Shown here: one piece after another, positions 50,334 through 62,984 of the stretch | Layout: each line of letters begins with the position of its first letter | Position numbering within the stretch: the stretch's first letter is position 1 | From: Mobula hypostoma | Taxonomy: Eukaryota | Length of the DNA: 64,000 bases | Assembly (NCBI RefSeq): GCF_963921235.1 | Contig: NC_086097.1 | Coordinates: forward strand, 151,468,001-151,532,000 | Direction: 5' to 3' | Made by a program: the position numbers and the translations under genes | The notes under the pieces: model-generated | Told to the model about the DNA's origin: nothing | Databases searched by the model: none | Seen by the model: only the letters and a program-made list of their open reading frames with translations

Positions 50334-52029
50334 TATATGATCATGGCAGCAGGCCATTTCAACTTTCCCAGTATTGACTGGGATGGCAAGGGGATTAGAT
50401 GGGGTGGAATTTGTTTAGTGCATCCAAGAAAGCTTTTTAAGACAATATATAAATGAGTCCTATTAGAGATAGGGCAGTATTCAGTCTTAGAAAAATGTAT
50501 CTGGGCAGGTGGTGTAAGTGTGAGTAAGGGATCATATTGGCAACAGTGACCGTAATTTTAAAAGTTTCAAGATAGCTACAGATAGGGATAAGGTTGGCCT
50601 TTGGGTTAAGGTCTTAGATTGGTAGCAGGCTGATTTGAATGACATAAAAAAGAACCTGGCAAGTAAATGTTGGGAGCAGATGCTTGCAGGTAAAATGGCA
50701 ACTTATAAGTGACAGTCTTTTAAAAGGGAGCCACTGTGAGTTCAGAACCTACATATTCCACTAAGTCTGAAAGCAAAAATGACAAGATTAATGAACATTG
50801 GATGACAAAGGAAGTTTAAGGTTTGATCAGTTTAAAAAAAGAAACCTAACAGTTATAGGCAACAGAGGTAGATGGATTCTATGGAGAAGTATAGAGTATG
50901 TAGCAGAGAACTTAAAATAAATTAGGAAGGCTAAAAGGAGCTCTGAAATTTGTTTGACAAGTATGATTAAGGATAATCGCAAAACATTCTGTAGAGCATA
51001 TCCAAGTTGCTCTCTTCAGGGACCAATGATGTTGTCTTTGGATGTTGTATATGCTGACATATATGTACTTTGATAATAAATTTACTTTGAACGTTGAGAC
51101 CTACAGTATCCCACGTTTCTATAGGATTCAAAGGAAGAGTTAGCCATAGGTGAGATGCCAGAAGAATGGAAGATAACTAACATTGTTCCTTTATTTATTA
51201 AGGGCTGCATGGATAATCAGGTCTTATGTTAGTAGTTGGGAAAGTACTGGAGAAAATCTTAGAAGATAGGATTTATGTACATTTGGAAAATCAGGGCCTA
51301 GTCATGGATAGTCAGCATGGGTTTGAGTGGGAGAAATGCTGCCTTAATAACTTGATTAAGATTTTCAAGAAGGTAACTAAGGTTGATGAAAGCAAAGTGT
51401 TGGCATTATCTAAAGAGACTTTAGTAAGGTATTTGACCAGGTCCCATATGGTAGGCTGGTCCACAACATTAAGGCACATGGGTCAAAGACAATTTGGCTA
51501 AATGGCTCCAGAACTAGCTTGGTGATAGGAGACAGAGTGTAGTGATGTAAGGATGCTTTTCTGATGAGAAGTCTATGACCAGTGGCGTGCTACAGGGAAC
51601 TTTGCTGGGACCCTCATTGGCCCAATATTAGTGAATTAGATGACAATGTAAAAGCTATAGAAAATTGTACAGCGCAGAAAGGAGGTCCTTTGATTACATT
51701 CTTGTCCATGCTAAATGTGACGCCTATCAACACCAATACCATTTTCCAGCATTAGCCCCATACCCTGCTGCACTTTTCCTGTGTATCTCTCTAACTTTTT
51801 TTTTATTGTAATTGAAACTACCACTTTTCCTGGCAGCTTATTCTAAATAAATCATCACCCTCTGTGTGGAAAACGTACCTCTCAGATCTCCTTTAAATTT
51901 CTCCTCTCATGATCTGTATCCTCTATTTCTAGACTCTCCTGCCCTGGGGAAAAATGTACTCCACCTTATCTATATGTGCTCTCTCCCTATTTCATGAACT
52001 TCTATATGATCAGACCTCCGCCTATGAAC

Positions 52030-52425
52030 TTACATGTGAGAATAAATCCAAGTGGTCATCCTGCATCGGGAAGGTCTCTCCCAAGCAGAAATTTTGCAGC
52101 AGACAGGAGTTTCAAGATGTGCTGCCCAAGCTCTTCTGAGGAAGTACAAAGAAACGGGCAAAGTTGAGGAACAGAAATGCAGTGGTCGGCCATGGAAACT
52201 GAGTGCAGCAGTTGAGAGATACATCAAATTGATGTCCCTTCTAAATCGGAAGAAGTTCAGCACACCTGTCAGCTCTGAATGTACAGAAACCACTGGAAAG
52301 CAAGTATATCCCTTTACAGTCCAAGGTCTTGTCAGAAGTGGGCTTCATGGAAGAGTTGCTGCCAAACAGGCATTCCTCTGAAGTAAAAACAAAGCTGAAA
52401 GACTCAGCTATGCACAAAAACATCT
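52030..52425 (+). mobile_element. Tc1 transposase N-terminal fragment
   Basis: VILHREGLSQAEILQQTGVSRCAAQALLRKYKETG..SGRPWKLS (paired-like HTH and GRPR-like motif). Confidence 0.85.
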
Positions 52426-53085
52426 AAATACAGCACTGTATTTAGATGCACGTAGCATTCAGAATAAGGTAGTCAAACTCATGGCGCAAATAGATTAGTC
52501 GGTATGACATTATGGGCATCACTGAGCTGTGGCTGAAAGAAGGACAAGGTTGAGAGTTTAACATTAAAGGATATACTTTGTATAAAAAGGACAGGCAGGA
52601 AGGCATAGGCAGTGATATGGCTCTGTTGGTAAGAGATGGAATTACATCTTTAGAAAGGGGTGACAGGGTCAGAGAATGTAGTAGAATCTTTGTGGGTGGA
52701 GTTAACAAACTGCAAGGGTGAAAAACCATTATGGGAATCATATATAGACCTTCAAATAGTAGCCAAGATTTGGGGCTGAGCTTGTAAAGGGAGCTGGAAA
52801 GGCCATGTAATCAGGTAATGTCACGATTGTAATGGAGGACTTTAATATGCAAGGGGATTGGGACAATCAGGTTGGTGTTGGATCGCAAGAGAGGGAATCT
52901 GTTGAATACCTACAAGATGGCTTTTTGGAGCAGCTTGTGCTTGAGCCTAGTTGGGGAAAGGCTATCCTAGATTGGGTATTGTGTAATAGCCTGGATTTTC
53001 TCAGTCATCTTAACGTAAAAGAACCTTTAGTAGGCAGTGATCATAACATGATTGAATTTATACTGCAATTTGAAAGAGAGAAACA
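52426..53085 (+). mobile_element. CR1 endonuclease-domain fragment
   Basis: GITELWLK, MEDFNMQGDW, ILDWVLCN, GSDHNMIEF. Confidence 0.85.
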
Positions 53086-54020
53086 TAACACCATAATTCT
53101 CTCCAGACTTGACGAGAAGCTCAGAGACCTCAGCCTGCACCCCACCTTATGCTGCTAGATCCTAGACCTCCTATCAGATCACCGTTAAGTGGTAAGGATC
53201 TGCGCCCTCACCTCAGCCCCTCTGACCCTCAACACTGGTTCTCCCCCCCCCCCCCCGGTTGTGTTCTGAGTCCCCTTCTCTAACATTGATTAGCCTTATT
53301 TCTAGTGGTGATGTGACAGCCTACAGAGGAGAGGTTAACACCCTGACAAAGTGGTGCCAAGGTAACAACCTCTCCCTCAGTGTCCAAAAAACAAAAGAGT
53401 TCATCGTGGATTGCAGGAGGAATGGAGACAGGCTCACCCAGATTAACAGCAATGGGACTACAGTTTCAAGTTCCTCGGTATGCACATCACCGAAGTTCTC
53501 ACCTGGACTATACACACTGGCTGTGTGGCAATAAAAATCACAACAGCATCTCTTCCATCTCAGGCAACTGAAGAAGTTCAGCATGAGCCCCCAAATCTTC
53601 AAGATTTCTACAGGGGCACCATTGAAAGCATCCTGACTGGTTGTATCACCGACTGGTATGAGAACTACACCAACCTTGATCGCTGGACACTGCAGAGGGT
53701 GGTACGGACAGCCCAGCACATCTGTGGATGTGAACTTCCCTCTATTGAGGACGGTTACAGCAGCAGGTGCATAAAGAAGGCCTGGACGATCGTCGAGGAT
53801 ACCAGACAACCCGACCATAAACTGTTTCAGCAGCTTCTGTTTGGCAAATAGTACCTCAGTGTTAAAGCTCGGACCAACAGGCTACGGGACAGCTTCTTAC
53901 TACAAGCCATTAGACTTATAAATTCACATATCTGTACATTGTGACGGAGTCATAATGCAAAGATTTTTCCCCCCCCATGTTGTGGGATAGATGTAGGATT
54001 TAAGTAAATTCAGTTCAATT
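53086..54020 (+). mobile_element. Rex1/Babar LINE 3' fragment
   Basis: WCQGNNLSLSVQKTKEFIVDCRR; FYRGTIESILTGCITDWY; tail aattcagttcaattc. Confidence 0.85.
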
Positions 54021-55581
54021 CTTCCTGCACTTCAACAACAGATTTGCACAGAATACTCCAAATGCAGCCTAACCTTTTATTTGTACAACTGTAATATGAT
54101 ATCCCAATTCCTAAAGCCTTGGTCAATGAAGGCAAGCATACCATAGCCTTCACCATCTTGTCCACCCTTGTGTTGACACTTTACAGGAACTATGTACTTA
54201 TATCCCTAGTCTCTTGTGTTCAGTGACAAACCAGCCCCCTCCTCTAATCCCCCAGTCCCCTGCAACTTACTCGGCATGTTCTACCCTGGTTTAACTTTCC
54301 AAAGTTGGTTCGTTCGCACTTTCACAAGTTAAATTCTATCAATTTTGTAGTATGCAATTTGCCTCAGGTCATGTTAAATAAAACAGTAATGATAGAAAAT
54401 AGAAATAGCTTTAAAGCACAGCTATTTATTTAAGGAGGAAAATGAACAGATTGTTAAAGACCTACAATCATCCATCAGATGTAATTCCACATACAGGATG
54501 TTGCCCACTAGCACTATTTATGAAACATGAAAGTGCTAGTCTGAAAAAAAGTCACAAATGTTGGCGCATATTATTTAATATTCTGACAAATTAATCCTTA
54601 AAATGCTCATTCAGAGCTCAATTATGTAATATTATTATCTGCAGCTTTAGTTAGAAAGAATAATACTTTACCTACCAACCTTGGTTAGAATGTAATAAAC
54701 ACACACACACCTGAGTACACCATTTAAACAATCACAGTCTAGGTTCAAAAGAGTATGTGAACCTCTGGGGTAATGCCTAATGGGTTATTTGGGTCAAGTG
54801 TTCCAGTCAATGAGATGAGATTGGAGTTGTGGGTTGTAGAGGTGCCCTGCCCTATATGTAAAAAAAGACAAAGTCAAGTTACTGACAGAGCTGACTCTTT
54901 TCAAGAAAGATCTGTTTACTGCACCATGCCTCGAGCTAAACAATTTTCAGAGAACCTTATAGAGATCCGTGAAGCTAGAAAAGGCTGCAAAAGCATTTCT
55001 AAAGACCTGTGTGTCATCATTCCACAGTAAGAGAAATTGTCTACAAATGCACTAAGTTCAGTATTGTTGCTATTCTCTCTAGGAGTGGGCATCCTACAAA
55101 GGTCACACTAAGAGCACAATGTGCAATGCTGAAGAAGGTAAAAAAGAACCTGAGGGTAACAGCAGAAGACCTGCAAAAATCTCTCGAACTTGCTAACGTC
55201 TCTGTTCATGTGATCACTATAAGAAAAACAGTAAACAATAATGCTGTTCGTGGAAGGACACCACGGAAGAAAACATTGCTGCACATCTCAAGTTTGTAAA
55301 AGACCACCTGGATGTTCTACAATGCTTCTAAGACAATGTTCTGTAGATTGATGAAACAAAAGTTGAACTTCTTGGCAGAGATGCACACCACTATATTTGG
55401 AGGGAAAAGGGCACTGAACACCAACACCAAATCCTCATTCCAACTGCAAAGCATGGTGGAAGAAGCTTCAAGGTGTGGGGCTGCTTTGCTACCTCAAGGT
55501 CTGGTTAGCTTGCAATCATTAAGGGAACAATGAATTCCCAATTGTATCAAGACATTTTACAGGAGAATATCAGGGTAGCGG

Positions 55582-56447
55582 TCCTCCTTTACTCTCTGTA
55601 TATCTATAACTGTATCATCACCCACAGCTCCAATCTGCTAATTAGATTTGCTGATGACACTACACTAATTGGTGTAATCTCAAATAATGAGGCAGCCTAC
55701 AGAGAAGAGAAGGAGTCATCACCCTGACACAGTGGTGTCAAGAAAACAACTTTTCCCTCAAAGTCGCAAAAACAAAGGAGCTGCTTGTGGACTACAGGAG
55801 GAATGGAGACAGACTAGCCCCTATTAACATCAGTGGATCTGGGGTTGAGAGAGTGAAAAGCTGTAAGTTCCTCCGCATACACATTACTGAGGATCTCATG
55901 TAATCTGCACGTATTGGCTGTGTAGCGCCTTTCACCTCCGACATTTGAAGAAGTTTGGTGTGGGCCCCCAAATCCTAAGTTTCTATAGGGGCATAATAAA
56001 GAGTATCCTGACTGGCTGCATCACTGCCTGGTATGGGAATTGTACTTCCCTCAATCATGGGACTCTGCAGAAAGTGGTGCGGACAGCCCAGCGCATCTGT
56101 AGATGTGAATTTCCCACTACTCAGGACATTTACGAAGACAGGTGTGTAAAAAGGCCCCAAAGGGTCATTGGAGACCCAAGTCACCCCAACCACAAACTGT
56201 TCCAGCTGCTACCGTCCAGGAAATAGTACTCTAGCATAAAAGCCAGAACCAACAGGCTCTGGGACAGCTTCTCCCACCAGGTCATCAGACTGCTTAACAC
56301 ATGCTGACACAACTGTATTTCTATGTTATATTGACTGTCCTGGTGTACATACTATTTATTATAAATTGCATATTTGGACAGAGACATGACGTAAAGATTT
56401 TTACTCCTCAGGTATATGAAGGATGTAAGTAATAAAGTCAATTCAAT
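55582..56447 (+). mobile_element. Rex1/Babar LINE 3' fragment
   Basis: RFADDTTLIG, FYRGIIKSILTGCITAWYGNC; tail aataaagtcaattcaa. Confidence 0.85.
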
Positions 56448-56897
56448 CACTTGAAGCTTAATAGAAGTTGGATGATGCAACAAGATAATGATCAGAAACA
56501 AGAGTAAATCAAAAACAGAATGGTTTAAAAAGAAGACAATTCGTGTTTTGGAATTGCCAAGTCAGAATCCAGACCTTAACCCAATTGAGATGCTGTGGCA
56601 TGATTTGAGGAAGGCTGTTCATGCAAGGTATCGCACAAATATTTATGAACTGAAACAGTTCTGTATGGAGGAATGGTCTGATATTCCTCCTCGGCATTGT
56701 GAATGTCTGATCAGCAGCGACAGGAAACGTTTGGTGGAGGTTATTGCAGCTATAGGAGCTTCTATCAGTTATTAAATGCAAGGGTTCACATACTTCTTCC
56801 AGTCTGGACTGTGAATGATTAAACAATATATTCAGTAAGGTCATGATAAGACAATTGTTTGTGTGTTATTGCTTTAGGCAGATTGTATTTGTCTATA

Positions 56898-57486
56898 CTT
56901 CATTAGGAGTTTGAAGAGATTTGGTATGTCAACAAATACACTCAAAAACTTCTATAGATGTACCGTGGAGAGCATTTTAACAGGCTGCATCACTGTCTGG
57001 TATGGGGGCACTACTGCACAGGACCAAAAAAAGCTGTAGAGGGTTGTAAATGTAGTTGGCTCCATCTTGGGTTCTAGCCTACAAAGTACCCAGGATATCT
57101 TAAAGGAACGGTGTCTCAGAAAGGCAGTGTCCTTTATTTAGGATGTCCAGCACCTTGGGCATGCCCTTTTCTCACTGTTACCATTAGGTATTAAGTACAG
57201 AAGCCTGAAGGTGCACACTCAGCGATTCAGGAACAGCTTCTTCCCCTCTGCCATCCATTTCCTAAATGGACATTGAACCCTTGGACACTGCCTCACCTTT
57301 TTTTTATATAGTATTTCTGTATTTTGCACTATTTTTAATCTATTCAATATACGTACACTGTGATTGATTTATTTGTTAATAGTTTGTTTTTTCTATATTA
57401 TGTATTGCATTGAACTGCTGCTGCTAAATTAACACATTTCACGTCACATGCCAGTGATAATAAACCTGTTTCTGATTCTGATTCTG
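56898..57486 (+). mobile_element. Rex1/Babar LINE 3' fragment
   Basis: FYRCTVESILTGCITVWYG; tail aataaacc..(TCTGAT)n. Confidence 0.85.
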
Positions 57487-57689
57487 TTATTGGTGACTTA
57501 GAGAGGATCAGATCACATTTTATGAGTAATTAATGCAGAAAGCCAGATAATTGTGAAGGGTTCACTAACTTTTTCTTGCAACTGTATGTAATATACATGT
57601 ATATAAGATCTGATCTAGTGGATAAATACCTGGTCGAAGTTAGTATGTTCTACATTGTTGAGGGAAGCATAAGAAAATGTCTGGCCATA

Positions 57690-59085
57690 ATCATTTCAGC
57701 ATTGAGGGTTCCTGCCTGGGAACTGAACAATTGCAAATAACTGACCAAAAAAATGTTTGTGGAAATAAATCCAGTAACCTCAGTGCATGCAGTTTAAGCT
57801 TGATGGGAGGAATGTCAAGGAATAGTAATCATCGACTGAATTAACCAGTCATTTGGATAAGCGTAGATTGATTGGTCATCATGGATTTGTTAAAGCCAAA
57901 TCATGTCTAGCTTGGTAAGAGTTTTGATAATTAATGGGATTTGTGAGGAAAATGTATGTATTTGTTTTCAAAAGGAATTATTGAAGTGCCATATAATATC
58001 TTATTTAAGTGGAAACCCCTGGAATGAAAAATAGCATAGATACAAAATAGAAGGAATGATAGTAGTGAATATTCTTCCCACCTCCCCTCAAGCCTGAGTG
58101 GAAGGAAGTTTTCATTGAAGATCCCCAATGGATAATGCAGGATTCTCAAGCTGCATTAATGACTTGGAGCTCTGTGCACAGAGCAAAGTTTCCATATTTG
58201 CTGGCATTGTGAATTATAAGAACATGAATAATGGACTTTAAAGAGATACGAGCAGGTTTGGGGAATCAGTGCGATAGATAGCAGATAAATTTAATGCTTA
58301 GGAATGAGAATTAAGTTTTGAAATGGAAAAACGAGGAGAAGCGAAATAAGCTAGAAAGCGTAATTCTAAAAGGAACACGAGTAAAGACCTGATGTTACAT
58401 GAGCATAATTCATTAGAAGTGGCAAGGCAGGTTGATAAAATGGTTTCTAAAAAAAATTGTGTGCAATTCCTGACTGTATAACAGAGACATAGGATAGAAG
58501 AACAGGGAAGTCGTAATGAACCTACACGACAATGGCTTGGCCTTTAGTGGAGTATTGGGCACTACACTTTGAAAGATGAAAAGCAAAGATCACTAAAGAC
58601 GTTTCTGGAATAAGACAGTTCAGTTGCATAGACATATATGAGAAGCTGTGGTTGTTTATAAAGGAACAAAGAGAATCTGAAGGGTATAGAGAGAAGTTCA
58701 CAAATTAGAAACATAGAATGAAGGTCCATCATTATTTTTACACTATATTTGAAATTTATAGGAATTTTATGTCTTTGTGTTGTAGTGCTGCAGCAAAATG
58801 ACAAATTTCACATCTAAGTCAATATTAATAAATCTGATTCCGAATGTATTTGGCAAGAATCAAAACTGACAGGAGAAATTTGTTTATATGGCACATGTGT
58901 AGGATCTGGAATGTTCTGTTATGGTAGTAGTGGATATTTAAAATGATGAGATAGGAGCTGTCTGAAAGGAAAAAAACTTGCAGAGGTATTAAGAGGACAG
59001 TATGTAGTGGGTCAAGCTAGACTATTCTAAACATAGAGCAGGCAAGGACATGACAGACCAAAAGACCTTTTTATGCTGTAAACCT
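57690..59085 (+). mobile_element. highly degraded CR1
   Basis: catggatttgttaaagccaaatcatgtct (HGFVK.KSC) and ggagtattgg remnants. Confidence 0.55.
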
Positions 59086-60383
59086 TCTGTATTACCTTGA
59101 GCACTACAGGCTTTAAGAAATTGGATCCTGTTCCTGTTAAGGATATTGCACACAAGCACAGAGACCTTTAGGCCTGCATAGTGACACGAACTTGCAGTGT
59201 TCAGTTTCATAACATGCAATATTATACAGTCAGTTAGGTCTTAGAATGGCAAGGGCTTCATACACTGAAGCAGGAAATAGCCAGAGGTTTAAAGTCAGTC
59301 TCATCATTATTTTAGATACCAAGTTTGTGGTGTCCATCATTTTCCCAAGTAGATGACAGTTTAAGCTTCCATGGCTACTGACGTTCTTCTTCCAGAACCA
59401 ACATCCTTCAGTCATCTCCATAATCTTCCCCATCATCTCCACAGCTGTAGCCTACGATCCTTTAATTCCACTGGCTTTGAGCTGAATAAAATAACACCTT
59501 ATTGGAGTATTCGTTCTGTGCATTTGGTAGGTGCAAGGTTTATTGTCACATTTCAGGCAGTCTCATGAACAACAAAATACTTGTGCTTTTTCTCCAGAAT
59601 CCCTCCACCAATTCAGCACACTCTCTTGAAGATGTATTTCAATTTCTTGTCTGAAATTTCTAATCAAAAATAAACAACTAATAGTTCCATTGGCTTCATT
59701 TCACCTCAACTATTTAAGTCCAGCTGCAGTGAGTTGTTGATTTCCAATCTCTCAGGAATGCAACTGTTCCATCACTTCTAGACACCTGGGAATTCATGCA
59801 AGCATCGATTCAGTCCTTGAAGCAGTGGTAACTACATGTTTTTGCCAAAGAACTCAGATTTATTTTTAAACTGTAAACACACTGCCTTTGCAACCTTTCT
59901 GATTAGTGTCTCGAGCTTATTTTGGAATTTAATGGGTTATTTTGTAGCCATTTAACTTCTGTTAGGAGGGGGAAAGGTGAGCATTATAAAAGGCACTAGG
60001 ATAGGCACGGTGAGGGTCAGAGTTTGGGGAGCTGAGGGCTAAAACACGGGAAATTGGGACTGGCTGGGTGGGCAAGTGGTCAGTACAGACTTGTTTGACT
60101 GTATTAATCTGTGGCTGTATGATTGAAGACCACAACCTGAAGTTGTATCCATTCTTAGAGCCTATAACTGAAATTATTTTGAAACAAAACAATGCTAAAC
60201 TGAGAAGGTGGTGGAGATGACAATTTGTTTAATTACTAGATATGTATATCACTTTCACTTGAGGATTGATTTGAAAATATGATGCCAAGTCTCTAATTGC
60301 CAATTTGCTTCCAGAGTTTACATATAAACACATTAAGTAATTTACTTGAAATAGTCTGATTCATAAATGTCTCTTATTTACAG

Positions 60384-60442
60384 CGCATCGGATTATTATG
60401 ATTATGGTCATGGAACTGGTCAGGAATCATATGAATCATTTG
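60384..60442 (+). CDS. KHDRBS3: next KHDRBS family coding exon, 59 nt
   Basis: ctcttatttacag acceptor and G|gtaagt donor. Phase-compatible with the 13743-13825 exon (AG+C = Ser). Translates (S)ASDYYDYGHGTGQESYESF(G), matching KHDRBS3 GADYYDYGHGLSEETYDSYG. Confidence 0.92.
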
Positions 60443-60769
60443 GTAAGTAATCGCGTATTATACAAAATTTCTAGGTGTTATTCATATTTCAGGTGCTGTT
60501 GGATAAAATGAAAATGTTGTGTTATCACATATTTAGGATATCCCATAAGAATTACAGCAAAGGAACTGTTCATTGCACCTACCTAGTTTATATTTCATAT
60601 TTCCCTATGATGCAGCAGGAAGTTATTTTGGCCCATTGAGTCTATGTTGTAGAGTAATCCAATTCACTGATTTATATTCCTTATAATGTATTGCCCCTCT
60701 TTCTATTCTCAGTCTTCTCCCACGCTCGAACCACCCACTCCAAATTCGACAACTCATCTGTATACTAGG

Positions 60770-60955
60770 GGTGAATTACAATGGGCATATAACCTACCAA
60801 TCTAGCCATCTTTGGGTCGTAGGAAGAAACCGGGGAAAATCCACACTGTCACAAGGAGAATGTGCAAGTATCTCACCAACAGCACTGGATGACAGGAGTG
60901 AACCTAGTCACTGGAGCTTTGAGGCAACAGCTATCTCAACTGTGATGTTCTGCAC
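60770..60955 (-). mobile_element. V-SINE remnant
   Basis: ggaagaaaccggggaaaatccacactgtcacaaggagaatgtgcaag is the reverse of the V domain; a similar copy lies at ~4400-4560. Confidence 0.6.
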
Positions 60956-62109
60956 AATCCTTTTTTTGCCCTACTTTATGTAGTTCTCTTAAGTACTTGT
61001 ACTGCTTTGGGAGCTGGTATTCAGTTAGAATTTTTAAAAAATGATGGTGGAAAGCTCAAAAAAAAACAGAAAATTCTGGAAACACCAACCAAGGATAGAA
61101 GCCCAGATGTAGCCTGGAATGGAATGTATTATTTATCTGGAGAGGCTGGGTTTCTTTTCCTTGGAGAGGGGGAGCCTGAGGGACGACCAGATAGTGGTAA
61201 GCAACGGCATGAGGGATAGTGACAGGGTAACAGTAAAGCTTTCTTTCCATAAAAGAAATGTCTAAATTCAAAGGCTCTAGGTTTAATGTGGTGGCAAGCA
61301 GTTAGGAGGTGATCTGAGGAATAACTACTTCACCCAGAATGGTTGAGTGAAGTAATTATTACTTTCTCAATGGTTAAGAAGTATTTGGATGTGGATGTGA
61401 ATTACCATGGTACAGAAGGCTATGGACCAAGTGCTTGAAAATGGGATTAATGTAGATAAGTAGTTTATGATTGGCATAGTAATAGTGCAGTGGGGGGGCG
61501 GGGGTTGGCTGGGCTGAAGTCACAGTTTTGTGCTGTATGACTATTACAGAAATGTAGTCTGTTTCCACCAGATGCACTAACTAATTTGTTTTTACCCTTT
61601 CATAAATATTCCCTTTGTTTACTTATCTCTCTTCCGTCTTCCCTGCTACAGAAAATTGAATTGTTGCAATGGATTTGGACATGTAATGTTAACTTTTTTC
61701 TCTTACACATATTCTGTTTGACATGCTGATTGTTTAGAGTTCTTCAACTTTGCACTTCCTAGAAAAAGAGACAATAAATGGAGAAGAGGCTCAAGAGTTG
61801 AGAACAGAATAGCATAATCAGTAATGCAGTCTGCAGAATTTTCAAACCAAGATGCACAGTGGTTTTGAAAAAGCTGTTTTGAATTCTGAAATTGGTAGAG
61901 AGACGCAGGTGTTAATTACATTTCACTTGAATTGGAAATGTTAGTGATTAATAGTGTTTGAACACCACAGAGGCAGGGGAAAGAACAAAAAGGGATTTGT
62001 GCCTGAGTAGAGGATGGATGTTAATTGAATGATACATAATAGTCCAGACAACAAGGGAGGTAATTATCTGCACTGAAGACCAATTGGATGGTGGGTTAGA
62101 AATAGAATA

Positions 62110-62440
62110 CGCCTCTACCAAAGGAGGTGTAAGGGGCTCCTTCCCTCCAATAGCCAGCAGGTCACCCTTGGGCAAGCTGTATCTGCTTAGCCCCCTGATC
62201 AAGGTCACCTGAAGCAATTGGAGCAGGTGATGGATGGTGCACATCACAAGTCCTAGTTGTGCGACCATTGATGCCAGGCAGACAATCTCTGAAGAGTATT
62301 GATCATGGCTGGGGTTACCCAGCTTGTAATGACACTGCCCAGAAGAAGGCAATGGCAAACCACTTCTGTAGAAAAATTTGCCCAGAACAATCATGGCCAT
62401 GAAAGGACCATGATCACCTACATTATATGACATGATGCAT
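62110..62440 (+). mobile_element. RTE-related short interspersed repeat
   Basis: Motif gaaggcaatggcaaaccacttctgta..ttgcc is typical of RTE-related 5' sequences. Confidence 0.45.
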
Positions 62441-62984
62441 TAGAAACAAACAAAGACCAATCAACTTACATTTTTGTGGACACTTTGAAAGAAATCATAA
62501 TTATTTCCACATCTGTTTTTTTGTGTACAAGTTCTTTGTCGTCTCTTGCCCTTTCTCAAAGCAAAACATCAACTGTCCACAGAAGCTGCCTGACCTACTG
62601 AGTTACTCCAGCATTTAGTTTGATTCTCTAAATGTCAACATTTGCAAGCTTTTGTGTGCATCTACTTGCTAAGTCCTTAAAAAAAATTATATGCACCAGT
62701 GCTCCACTTGACAGGGAATAAATCCTTTTGCCACCACCCTGACAAACAGTTGTTTAGGTATTTACATACTACTTTAAGTAAAAGGCAAATAAACAAAAGA
62801 TAAGTTCAGTGAAAGTGTAAGTAGTTACAACAGAGGAAGAGGAAAACATGGAAAAACAGTTGTCTGAACTTGGGAATGTGGTGGCGGTAAAGGGTGTAGG
62901 ACCCATGTTAATGCCAAAGAACAGGCAATACTTCCAGTCCCTGCTAACTCTTCAGCCATTCTCCATTCTGATGGCAAATAAACC

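Larger units (their letters stand above)
46850..51650 (+). mobile_element. old CR1 split by a Tc1 MITE (pieces 46850-47205 and 50335-51650)
   Basis: Endonuclease YCSPPNN.. resumes as HFNFPSIDW at ~50355; RT remnants SQHGF at ~51310. Confidence 0.7.
54722..57584 (+). mobile_element. IR/DR-type Tc1 transposon with transposase pseudogene (54926-56775), interrupted by two Rex1 LINEs
   Basis: MPRAKQFSENL, IDETK, QQDND, PDLNPIEMLW (DD34E-type motifs); DR-like GGGTTCAC..ACT at ~56782 and ~57558; right end CTG|TA. Confidence 0.9.
13826..60383 (+). other. 46.6 kb GT-AG intron of the KHDRBS gene
   Basis: Lies between two consecutive phase-compatible exons; filled with transposons. Confidence 0.85.

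Noticed and set aside
242..62433. The many 60-160 aa ORFs in the supplied track as genes
   Set aside because: They are antisense or off-frame readings of repeats, or chance ORFs, often with non-ATG starts.
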